NCBI GenBank assembly: GCA_030141605.1
Contig: JAQGDQ010000174.1
Span: forward strand, 1-64,000
Direction of reading: 5' to 3'
DNA length: 64,000 nucleotides
Source: Tubiluchus corallicola
Taxonomy: Eukaryota > Animalia > Priapulida
The notes under the pieces were generated by a model that was given only the letters and a program-made list of their open reading frames with translations, ran no database searches and was not told where the DNA came from. A program made the position numbers and the translations under genes. This document shows, one piece after another, positions 36,851 through 50,850 of this stretch; the stretch's first letter is position 1, and each line of letters opens with the position of its first letter.

Positions 36851-39800
36851 AGACAATTAGCGTTTACAATATGAATTACAATCTTATTTCAAATTATTGT
36901 TTTATTTATTTACGCACATTATATATTTACAGTACATGAATGTAGACGGCCAATGTAAAAATAAACGTAATAGTAAAAAAATAAAAGGAATAAAAGCACG
37001 TAAAATGTATAATACGAGTACGTATTTTTAAATTTTCTCAATTACATCCACATTTGCAGTGAAATACTTAAAAAAGCGCAGTTCCAACTGCTTTTGCTTT
37101 GCTAGCCTGATGTTATTGCTGTTAATGAGCTGGTAGCTAAGTAAAACACGGAAGTGTAAGTCAGATAACATTTAATTAAATATTCCTGATATATTACTTT
37201 ATAATAAAATATCAATCATTTTTCAGCCAAACAACGCTCAAGTAAACGTTTAAGTTTTTTTTTTAGTTTTCATACTAAATATCTAAACTTCCGTATAGTT
37301 TTAAGTCTAATTTTATCGCAAATGATATGTTATTTCAAAATTGGTTTATTAATTAATACTGTTAACGTAACCAATGTCAGTATTCCTAGCTGTAGTTTTT
37401 GCTATATTCTCAAGAAGGTATACTCTGTCATAGTTAGACAACCCAAAAATTGCTTCAAAACATTTCACTTAATAAAAATTATTCAATATATAGAATTTTA
37501 TAATATGTATGTAGAATAATATGTATGTATAATGTAGAATGTATAAGCAAGCCCCAAAAAAGAATTACTGCATACACAATTTGTGTATAAACACTATGTC
37601 TTGTATAGTATAACGTATAAATCTACGGTAACGTTCTTGAGTGTTTATCATCATTTTGTCTATGTTACTGTCACATTTTACTAATTACTGGAACATTTTC
37701 CATTATTATTGGAAAGGCTTATGACAACATTAGTGACACACAGACTTAGTTCCCATGCCAGCATGTACTAAGGACAGCATTAAACTTCGCAACTTTACGA
37801 TATTAACCACCTGTCAAACAGGTAATATATGGTTAGCAGCACGTGTCAACCATTGACAAGACAATGTTAACATTAAGTGTATCGGGAAACACTTCACTCG
37901 CTAGTTTTACGTCATTTGACGTTGCATGATTGAAACCATTGTCTGCCCTCCACTGACACGTGACCTACCCTCGCTAACAACAATAAACTACAACATATGG
38001 TATGCGAATAGGGGATACTACTGCCGTATTGCCATCTTCCCCAGAGGCACACACGAGCCCATCCGACTGACGTGCCCACTGCCGTTAAAGCCCCTGGCTT
38101 GAATTTGCTAGCGCCTGTGCGAGACAGGAGGCCATAAAATTGAAATCATTAGATCGTTAAATTTTCAATCAGCCAACTGTAGTGGAACGTGGCGCTCAAT
38201 TTAATTATCAACTCTGCGCTCAGAATTTTATACAGTCTTCTTCAACTGCTGCTACAGACTAAACTTTCTATAACCCAATAATCATTGCTTTATTATTTAA
38301 CGAAATTTCTAATTTAATTAAGCTGTTTCAGACGGTTTACAGCAAAATTTTAAATTAAATAAAATTACAATTTAACGCGCGTTGCGCCTCACGTTATAAC
38401 GGTGCGCTTGCACTATAAATTAATAAAAATACAGTTAGGAACAGAATTAAAATGCATTGTGCGTGCACATCTTGATTTATTCCTTTCTTTTGTTGGCATA
38501 GTTTTTCTGATGAAAATGTACGGGTATTATATAACAAGAATTATGTCAGAATACGGAGAAGTATGGTGTATATACGCCAAGTACGCTGTAATATGTTTTG
38601 GCCTTACATAATTTCTCTGTTTAGCAGGCTCGCGCAGTGTGTTCAAAACTCTGCTTAGTAGTTTTTCTACGCTTAAAATTATGTAACGAAAATCGCATGT
38701 AATTTTTTTAGATAGACTTTTCAGCTTTTCATAATATACAAATTAAAATTTTTACGAATTTGTATTTGTTATCCCACATTTATCTGATTTTTAATCACAA
38801 AAAACTATATAGATGAACAAGTAATATAAAATTTATATAATTAACAAACTTTTTATGCAAATTTTAGCATATTCAAGATAAATATGATATGATCTCATAA
38901 AGTAATAAGATTCGCGAAGCGCTCACGTGAATTTTGGAGCATTTTTAATTCGTTTTTGATTGTACAAAATTCCAACTGTATAACATAAAATTATTTTTAT
39001 TAAACAACAAACGCGAATTTAATTCCAAATTTTTTGAGAAATGAAAGCCAGTTTAGTAGTAAGATTTTATAATTATTATACTCTTTACACGTTCGCTTTG
39101 AGTTGATACCAGATTTCGAAAATTTGCTAAATCTGTTTAACCTATTATATATTTATTTCCAAAGATTACTTCTCGCCGGAACAATAGAAAAAATAATACA
39201 TTTTGTAAAAAAATAATACATATTTTACAAAAATACGTACCGTTACCATCAGCTAATATTACTCCCACTCTTGCATCTTTTACAGAAATTCACAAAAATT
39301 GTTGAAATTAATTTGCAATGATTTTTATCTATTCACGGCATTTTTGCATGAAACACTAAACGATTCTAAAGAAGAGTTAAACTTTCTCCGGACTTCATTA
39401 TAGTTTCACTTTAATTATGCACACAAATTCTTTCAACAGTAGACTTTTAGATAAACCAGTTATCTACCAATTAGGCTGCGACGACAATCGTTTGCACTTG
39501 AAAACGCACAAGCATTTAAACTGCGGAAACGGAAACTGCTCTGTACCCTATACTGTGCTACATAATCTGAAACCAATCTTACTCGGATAGTAAAATTAAT
39601 AAACTAATTTCTTAGAGAGGAATGATCCAGCAGGAAATTATTGAATATAGTGTGCAGTCATGCAGTTTTAATATATGGGAATTTTATTTTATTGTGTACC
39701 TATATGGTAAATTGCATTGGCCGGCCGCTTGCATTTGTGTGCGCAGTTCATAAGGCAAAGTGATTTAGCGGATTTAACATAATAAGCGATGCAATATTTG

Positions 39801-40469
39801 AGATTGCTAGGATTGAGACCACGGAGCCATAAGAAAATAATAGAATTAGTAACTGCGCTACGCACCTTGGAGCGTCTTGTTGCGTGCCAGCAGAGCTAAG
39901 AAAACATCATCAGGCGGTGTCGAAGAGTTTGTCAGTCCAGAATTGCTGTTGCTCAACGATCCTGTAGAAGACATGTCTGGTTTCCTTTCCATGTATAAAA
40001 CTTGAGTTCACTCGGTTGACTATACCCGTAACTGGTTTTTAATTCACCTCAGTGGTGAACTCACCGTGCGCACACCACGAGCGATGCAAATCTATGGCTT
40101 GGTCACGTGACAACACTGAAGAGGCAAGCTGAAAGGCTATTGACTAGTGTTCTATGCTATTGGACCGATCAAAATAATACTGTAATGCGGCGACAAACAT
40201 TTTTTGTCGTTTGATGTAACAGAAAAACACTTTATAATAAACTTTTAAAATTATTTATTTAGAACAGTTGAAAAAATTTAAGGTTTACAATTAACAAAGT
40301 TGCTGCTACTTATTACAGTGACAGTTATCTTGTTTGCGTGTGTTGTATTGTGACGATGATGAAGAGTCTGAAGAAAAAACAAAAAAAGAGAAAAAGAAAA
40401 AGGAAGGGGGAAAAAGTGGGAGCAGAAGAAAAATGAAGAGACACAAAACAAGAAAAGAGAAGAAGACAA

Positions 40470-40513
40470 AGATGGTGATGACGATGTTGGTGGTGCTGTT
40501 GTTTGTTATTATT

Positions 40514-40544
<31 letters not shown>

Positions 40545-40610
40545 ATGATGATGATGTTGATGATGATAATGGTGGTGGTGGTGGCGATGATGGTGATGAT
40601 GATGATGATG
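40470..40610. repeat. Compound (GTT)(GAT)(GGT) microsatellite
   Basis: Direct inspection. Confidence 0.9.
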
Positions 40611-42701
40611 AAACATTGGGCCAAAATAATGTTGACAGCAATGTCGTTCTTGTGGTTTATTTGGCCACTTATTGTGGCTGTCGATACCGTTTTGTCTTGT
40701 TGCTCTTGTTTATTTAAAAAGTTCAAATGACGTTTTTGAAATTTGACAATGCTGACATTGTTGCCGTGACCATTGATTGCCTTTTGACTGATTTGAGAAT
40801 CTTGAGACAACTACACTACTGGTGTTGTTGAAATCAACGTCACCGTCACTCGCCGCAGCCATTTGGGTACGAGTTGGGATGACGTTGATTGGTAATGTAC
40901 CACTGTCAGTGTGGTCATAGTTACCGTAACGGTTGTCGTTTTTTTATAGGTTTAAGGCTTTAAGCAGTGTGAGATAGATGACCATGCTGCGTTACCGTTT
41001 TTCCGGTACTGTTGTTTGTCAAGGTAGCGACTGGTGCTAGAGGACGGCTATGACACTGGTGACACAGCCATCATTAATATCTCTTCTTGTCTCCTTTTAA
41101 CTTTACTAACTACATGGACATCATGAAAAATTATTCACGTGCAATTTTTAATGTATCCATGTAAAAAACAAACTTCTACATAGAATTTAGAATTTACTAT
41201 TGTCATATACATTATAGTACAATGACGTACATACAACAAAACAACAAGAAAATACAAAAGTACAAACAGAGCTATTACATTATGGTTATAGACCCAAAAA
41301 CACACGTAACAAATAACAAATTATATAAATTTAGTACAGATACAGTTAGTGTATCATTAGAAAGTAATAAATAATGTTATCAATATTTACATGTTAGTAC
41401 TATTTGCTTCATTTTAAAACACTTAAAAATGTAATGGGCGACTATTTTGGCTATATCGCAGTCGCGACTCCCCCCCCCCCCCCCTTGTGAATTTTAGCTT
41501 TTCGCTGTCGTTCAAGTTAATGAAATTGCTATTGATGCCTGTTATATCAGAGTAAAAAGATAGTCTTAACCGGTTGTAGAAGGAGCAACAAAACAAAAAT
41601 GAATTTCGTCTTTTACATCTCTTTGTGTCCACTGGGATAATCATGCTATACCGTCATTGTTATTGTTGCTTTCATTGTTGCTTGCGTGTCAAACTATCGT
41701 TGTCGCCACTGTTGTCGATTGCCGCATATCTGTCTCTGATCGGGTTGAGAGGCGTGGCCCGTGCACGCGACAGCGCTGCTGTTTGTTCTACTAACACTTA
41801 CGGTGGAATCATTTAATGAGGAGGAAGTATCAGGGTAAATATTCGGAAGTGGGAGACTCGGAGATCACTCAATTCCTGTTTGTCTTGCCATAATAGCTAA
41901 ATCACAACAATGAAGTGAATATCTGTAACGGAAAGTGGCGGCTATTAATTAGTTAAATGGACATGTTAAGCGCATGCGCGGGCCATTACAGTCAAGAGTG
42001 GATTAATCTTGATAAACGCAATTCATTCGTTTCAATTATTTATTATGAAGCATAAAATTGGTAGTATATAATATTATACAGTAGTGTCGGGCTGTAGATG
42101 TGGTTCACACTGTAGAGAGTACAGCCTGTCTTAATAAACTCAGTGAGAATATGACGATAGCCTTTCGTATCTTATTTGAGATTTGAATAAAACTGAATGT
42201 AGGAGCATTTATCTGCATTGTGCAATATTAATTTGTTATAACGGCGCAGTTTACTTGCTGAGTTTGACATTGTAGAATAATAAATTCTCTTGGCTTAAAA
42301 ATTAATCGACACAAAATCTCAAATGCATAAAGTCGAATTTGCAATAGTTTAACATTCAGGCAAAATGAGTTTGAGCCTCTGTAAATTCTACATAGTACTA
42401 GGCTGACATGCTTGGTGAACATTTCTAACATTATCGCACTGTAATCTATTTTTAGTAAAGAGACAAAGGAAGCCAAACACGAATTTTTTTAAAAAATAGC
42501 AAAGGATGTTTAAATGATATTATTTAAATGGTAAGTAAAGTAAGCAGGACATTTATTAAGTAAATATTTGATTTTCCGATATTTTGCTCTGAAGTTGAAC
42601 TGTAAAAACAAATTCAAATATTAAATTAAAATCAAAAATAGTAATATTTACTTTTGACGTTGACACATCGCACGTGCTTATAATGAATTTAAGATCGAAA
42701 T

Positions 42702-44403
42702 AATCCATGTTACTGCATCAAAACACGATACAATGTTTTGCATATTAAATCCGCAATAAAAATATTAGTTTATTACAGTAAAATATTAATGTTTATCAAT
42801 GTAAGATCTAGGTAAGAGAACTACTTTGCCAGGCAAGAAAAATGGGCAAACATTGCATATCTTTCTTCTTGCTTAGCTGCATAGTTTTGTGCCTAAGGCT
42901 TACAACAATAATTATAATTATATTCTCCTGTATGGCATTTAATAATTATTATCCTAAAAAAATTAATTTTCAGTGTAGTTCACAAAAGAATAATTAAATG
43001 CAACTAAGCATGTAACGTAATTCATGATGTGCTACGCTAACACAAATTGAAAAGGGTAAACTATTCATCTAAAATATGATAAAAATAACTACTGGAAACA
43101 AATGCGACTAATGCAATATTAAATAAACGGTATCTAAAGTTTTATATTAATTTTCATACACATACGTTACGTTGTTATTATTTTGCTAATTATTATAATA
43201 CTGCGAGCTCATTTATTTTTAACGTATAAAAACAATAAATATCCATACATTATGACAGGTATGACATTGCAGGGTATGATAGGCCTATTAATTATATTAT
43301 TTAGTAGCTCGCAGTATAAATATTTCACTGGTGTTGATAATATTACCACAATAATTATTAGCTCGCCTATAAATTAAAACATTGTGACTTGCATAGTTGA
43401 AGCACAATTTTGGAGCTCTGGTAGGTTTTAATCAGGCAATAAATGCTATAATTTAGAGAAAAAATAATGCAATCTTTTAACTGTTTACGAAGTAAATTTA
43501 AATATTTAGTCTTTACATTGTAACGTTTGGCCAGAGAATGAAAAATATTAGACATAGTTTCGCAAGTATTTAACACTACGTTTAACCGGTTACTTAATGC
43601 ATATAAATGTGATCATCAACCAATGGATATCTCACTGTACTAAGCCTCAAAATATAAAAACTCCTTACAAATTTAACGGTTATTATTAAACAGTTTATTG
43701 CGATAACATACAGTACTAGAGGAGGACTCGAAAGCTCAATGCTCTTTCCCACTCCTCACAGTAACTCGCACAGTTTGTTTTCAATGTTATATCAATTTAT
43801 ATGTATATTTGAGTTACTGTGGAATAAATTTATAATTCATAATTCATACTAATTTGTTAAAACGTATAAAAATATCGTACCCAAATTCAAAGCCAGGGTC
43901 ATTTAAATCATAGGCGTAATACATAAAAACCCTAAAGTTTCAGACTGTACAGTGACATTCATGTAATAAATAAATGCATACTTGTAGTCAAACCCATAAA
44001 TTATCAGAACGAAATATAAATGCAGCCAAATATATTGGAGCCTAATATTGGACAATTTTTCCTCCTTGTATATGCATTACAAATCCTTGCCAATATTTTG
44101 AAACCAATGGTTGTAAAAGAATATTTTGAAAATTTATTTTCAATAATCAAAAGTTTTGTTCATTCTCCAGCAATAAGATTAACTATATAGGCTTCACAAT
44201 AAGTAAAACACCACAAAGGCATGGTTTCTTTATTTTGGAAACAAAATGGCATCTATTTTAAAATGAATAAACTCATTATTTTTATAAAAGTGCTAATTAT
44301 TGTTTCTAAAACCTGCTGCGGCTAAAAAGCAAGAACGCCTATATTTTATGACGGATTTGATATGCAAAACATTGTATCGTGTTTTGCTGCAGTAACACGG
44401 ATT
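42702..44403. mobile_element. Element delimited by ~62-bp inverted repeats
   Basis: aatccatgttactgcatcaaaacacgatacaatgttttgcatattaaatccg (42702-42764) versus cggatttgatatgcaaaacattgtatcgtgttttgctgcagtaacacggatt (44341-44403). Confidence 0.6.
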
Positions 44404-45006
44404 TCACGTGATAAAAGCACACTGCCGACAACAAAGCACAGACAGCTAAACGATGAATATTTTACTAGAGCTATGGAAACAAACAGTGCAATCGTTCTAC
44501 TGGGAACCTGGCTGCAATGATCTATGCGAAATCCCAGGGGAAATCAGCAAAATGTGTCATGGAGTTCACTCAAGCGATCTGTATGTGTAGGAACTATATA
44601 CATGACTGAAACTACACTCGAATGTACACTTTGCACGGTCAAATTGAGAATCGTATAGCGCTGGGAAAAGTTATGGTCATGTACTCTTGGTGACTATACT
44701 GCAGTCATATTCAGTCTTGGGAATAAAAGGGAATTTTTGCTGCTCCTTCGTGGATAGTTTGCTCGTAGCTTCACAATGTGATCAACTTACTTTAATATAA
44801 ATGAAAGTTATGTATAGTTTTATAGCTAATTAGCTCTTTAACAGTTCTTTAACTAAGTAAGGTTTGAATATTTACTTAAGGAATGTACTTATTAACTGAA
44901 TATTACTCAAGCTTCTATTCGTATTTGTTGTCGTTTATGGATGGATAGTAGCAGTAGTGGTGGTGACTGTTAAAAGTCAGCATGGCAGCGGCAGTAGATA
45001 ATAGTC

Positions 45007-45725
<719 letters not shown>

Positions 45726-46501
45726 GTAAATTTACTAAATTTAATATTGTAATTTTATTTGATTGTAACAGGTTGTTAACAAACAAAACTTAGTACGTGA
45801 ATGAAATGAACACCAGCATTTGCCTACATTTACTGTTACTCATGGAGTGCTATTTCAGGACGGCGGGAACTAGCAAAAATCCCATGTGAATTTTTTTGGA
45901 CAGCCTGATGGATAACGAGAAGTGGCCGCCTTTTCAGCGTCTTTCTTCAACTCAGTTCCACAGCCATTACTCCTGCCGTCGCTTTGACAGCACAGTCTGT
46001 TGCAGAACGCCCCGTCGCAATCGCTATTTGCGAGGGAAAATTTCGAAATTTCACGCAACTTATTCCGTCCATTATGAACTCGAATCTTCTATGTACAGAC
46101 ATAAGCCGTTAATACGTCGGATTTTCGGTTTCAATCGATCCTAATCGTATTAAGGACGTGGCTGGTCCTTCGGGAACGATTTGCTCATGATTTATCGTGT
46201 CCTAATCGTCTTTAGTTTCTACTCGACTGAGAAGACATGGCACGTAATGTTCATCTAGGAAATGGCAGCACGAAGAGGTCCCAAACGGGACAAAGTCGGT
46301 TAGCTTTTTCGCAGTTATTTAGCACCTTTTTATTGCGCTGTTTCTTGTGAAATAAGAACAAGTCAGAATTCACGACTAAAAGAATTGCAGTAAAGCAGCG
46401 ATGTTATAAGAAAAGTAATATGCTAAATGTATCTAAGATGATAGTAGTTGTCCACGGAGTTGTGGAATTATGAGAAACTGTGTATTGTAAGAAGTCTTTA
46501 A

Positions 46502-47119
46502 AGGAAGACTTGATGATTTTTCATATACTACTACTACCCCATTTTCAAGTCCGATAAAAAGTATACATTTGAACACAATTAATACTGCAAAAAGCGTTTC
46601 TGATAATTGAATAATCAATTAAAAACATAATTAACGGCGGGCGAGCCCAACTATTGATGACATCACAAACTAACATAATTTTCAACAGCAAAAATATTTC
46701 ACGAGCGTGTTGCACGTGTTTGCGAAAGCGAAAATTGAAGTACAGTGCTAATGTAAGAGGTTCTGTGTGTTGTACTAAAACTAGTCAAGTTTTAAGATAA
46801 AAATTCAAATTTTAAATTTACCGCTGTGCTCACACATGAGCTGTCGAACGTTTGTAGTTCGTCAGAAACTAACACATCTGAACTGAGAGGTGCAGCACCT
46901 GTTTTTATGCAATGCGTTTCCGAAATGCAGGCGCTGGTGCCCGTCTAATTAACGAATGGCGAAATGCACAGCGAAGAACTAGTGGCGTGAACGCGAAATT
47001 GTGTTTTTATAGTAATAATTCTTTCACGAAAGTCTTTTCTAAAAATAGTATGTTTACTTTCAATACTTTAAAGAGCAGATTGTTTCGACCAACAATTTAA
47101 GACTGTGTCAGGTTTTGCT
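46502..47119. mobile_element. Kolobok-like non-autonomous DNA transposon, copy 2
   Basis: TTAA at 46498-46501 and 47120-47123; end-to-end similarity with 26847-27455. Confidence 0.75.
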
Positions 47120-47847
47120 TTAAGCCTCAATGGCTTAAGTTCCTGCATTTTTTGACGCCGGAAAGGCAGCTTGTGGTGAGACTGGAACCTATCAGGGGAC
47201 TCCACCCACATTCGAGGTTTATTAATTATTCCATTCGTAGCGCCTACGAGCGCTGTTCTTGTAAGTAACTCAAAATTTCAATGCTATCTACACTACTTTT
47301 CCAAAATAATAAATGTGGATTTTCAGGTGAATGTGTAGAAACGGTATAAAAGAAAACCTTCCTACTTAAAACACTAATAACTTAACTGACTTTCTAATCA
47401 AATCCACTATAACCAATGTTAAGCGACGACATTGATTTCAACGTATCGATTGTTGGTGGAGTTAATGCCTAGGACGCATCGTCATCCATATCATAAAGTG
47501 AATTGGTTTTGCCTCTTTGGAAGCTCTTGTATATGTGTAGACGTGCGCTTTAGCCTCGTCAGCGATGCTAATTTAATCAACTTGAGACCACGAAGACTCC
47601 TCCTTAAACTCGACATGAATAACGGGATGCACGAGGATCTTCAGATCTATAGCCACGAGGAAGAACAGAAAGCCGCTCAAGTCGGGAAAGAACGTCTAAT
47701 GATTATCTGCCGTGGGTGTCACGTGTATGCGGAAAATGTAAATAGGAAAGATGAGTGCGTAGAAGAGATACAAACGATCATGTAACAACAGCAAGAAGAA
47801 CAAATTACCAAATGTTTGTCGCTTTTGTTAACAATGTTGATATTATA

Positions 47848-48290
47848 ACTCATTCATTCATTCATACATTTATTCGCTCATTGATTTGTTCATTCATTCT
47901 TTCATTCATTTATTCATACATTTATTTATTCATTGATTCGTTTGTTCGTTCGTTCGTTTATTTATTTACTTATTTATTCATTCATTCATTCATATCTCTC
48001 ATTCATCCACTATTTATTCATTCATTCAGTCAGTCAGTCAATGAATCAGTCAATCAATCAGTTATCCAGTCAATCAGTCATTCATCCAGCCGTCCATCCA
48101 TCCATCCGTCCGTCCGTCCGTCCCTCCCTCCTTCCCTCCCTCCCTCCCTCCCTCCCTCCCTCCCTCCCTCCATCCATCCATCCATCCATCCATCCAACCA
48201 TCCATCCATCCATCCATCCATCCACCCATTTATTTATTCGTTCGCTCTTTTATCCATTTAGTTGTATATTTATTCATTCATTAATTCAGT
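47848..48290. repeat. Compound tetranucleotide microsatellite (TTCA/TCAG/TCCA/TCCC)
   Basis: Direct inspection. Confidence 0.93.
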
Positions 48291-49804
48291 CACTTATTTC
48301 AAATATACATGGAAGACAGTAATTTTTGCTCTGAATCTTCTTTTGTACCAACTCTTCGCAACAAGGTCCACATAAAAAGCGAATACTTTTATGTTAATGT
48401 TTCTGAAATGTCTCTAGTCTGAGACAACATCAAAGATTAATAGCGATATCGTATTACATCCAGGAGGTATAACAGCAGATTCAGATAAAGCCACACGACC
48501 TCAGGTGCGCTTACATCAAGTTAATCAAGCTTTAGCTGGAATCTATCATATAATCCCATACGTTTGCACACAGGCATATACCGTAATACCTGCTTCAGTA
48601 CGCAGTGCGAATCCTCAAAGTTTAAACCGCCTAGAACGGCTTCATTTTTAATTAAAACTGAAATCATGGTATCCTAATTATTAACTGAGATTTAATCCTT
48701 GCCATTTAACAATAGGAAAAGTCAACCGGTGCAGTACAAAATACATACGCACGGGATACCAAAAACGTGTTTATGTTGTTACGAAGGCAGCTTCTTTATT
48801 TGTAATTAATCAAGCTTAATTAATTTAGAATTTAGAAACTGCGTGCTTTTATTACCGTGCTGGTCTTATTCTCTACACCACGTACAAACTGTTTGTTAAT
48901 TTAAATGTTTTTCATGCATGTCGAATATAGTTTGTAAATAGTTTAAAGTGACCCTACATGGTAGCTGAACTTAGCATGGCTTCATGAAGCGGATTTCGCT
49001 ACTTACAATGCAAAGTATATTCGTACTGAAATCGTAGTTTATACGTATGCGTAACTTACGTATAATATAATAGCTAGTTAATATTTGTAATTTACGCATT
49101 TCGCCGTTATTTTTGTGTTGTTATCCAAATATGTAAATGATACATTTCATTAATAAACACCAATTGGTAAATCGTAGCATCATTCGAAGACGTGCCTGCA
49201 TCATGTATGTTCAAAAATAAATTAATCACTTAGTGGGTCAGCCAAATAGGTACACAACTAAATTATCTAAAAGAGTTATGTACTAACTTTAAGATTTGTT
49301 TCTACTGCTATCTGGAAAGAGTTACTTGGTGTACGGTTAGGTTAGACTTTAATTAACCTTGCTAACAGAAATCGTACGGTATCCACATATTCATTAGCAG
49401 CATTTGGGCGAACTCTAGCTTATAATTAATGAAATTTAGCGCACTAATTTCCTCAATGTGACTTAGCCGAGCGAAAAGAGCCTATATGGCGACAGGTGGC
49501 CATTTTGGTGCCTACAAAACCACCGTAATGAATTTATAATCATTACAATAATATTATCGGCGAACGCCTTTTGTGTAGCGCGAAGCAGCAACCTGTTGTC
49601 AGTATGGTAAGTGAAATCACTCCTGCTGATAAGAGGGAACTTTAAATCGGACAGCATTGGCCCTATTATAAAAAATCAGAAAAAAGCTAACGTATTACTA
49701 ATAATAATTTAACAGGATTACACAACTAACTTAATATATTAATGATAATACCAAAGTTCTCATTATTGCACGTATTTTTATCATTAAAACTCAGAATATA
49801 GATT

Positions 49805-50020
49805 GATACATGGATGAATTAATGAAGAATCCTCCTGATTTGAAACAAGCATTTCATTTCGCAACCCATTATGAATTACTTCTTCGGTGTGAACGTGAGA
49901 AATATGGGAAATCTTGGTATACAAAAATTTTACAGAATAACTATAACAGTATACAGAAAAGTACATTCCGTTTCAAAAGTTTTTAAATCAAAGCAGATTT
50001 TTCATTAATTCATCCATGAT
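49805..50020. mobile_element. Small element with ~35-bp inverted ends
   Basis: catggatgaattaatgaagaatc...tgattt versus aaatca...gatttttcattaattcatccatg. Confidence 0.55.
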
Positions 50021-50424
50021 CCGTCCATAGTCTGTGTTTTTTGATAATTTATTTTCAATAATGGATGCTAAATCTGTTAAAATTACACATATTTTATTTG
50101 ATTCTTTATAAAACATTGTAAGAAGTTAACTAGTTTTTTAATAAAATCTAAAACATGCGTAAATTTCAGGAATTGTCAAAATTAAAAAAGTGACATATAG
50201 CCTATCTTAATGAAATGTAATCTATATTTTAGGCCATAAAGTGAAAATTAAATGATCTTAAATATTTATATTTATTATATGAGTACGCATTTATTATACA
50301 TATATACATATATACATTATACATTTATAAACTTGTACATAGGCTTGCTATATTTCGTAAACTAACTCTGTGTTTTTACTTGTGCCTTATTTTTATTCTT
50401 GTCCTATGGACTGTAAATGTCTGA

Positions 50425-50850
<426 letters not shown>

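Noticed and set aside
40112-40152. Hammerhead-like CTGAAGA-ggcaagct-GAAA...cta-gtgtt
   Set aside because: Stem II is marginal, stem I is out of register by one base, and there is no Penelope context; probably chance.
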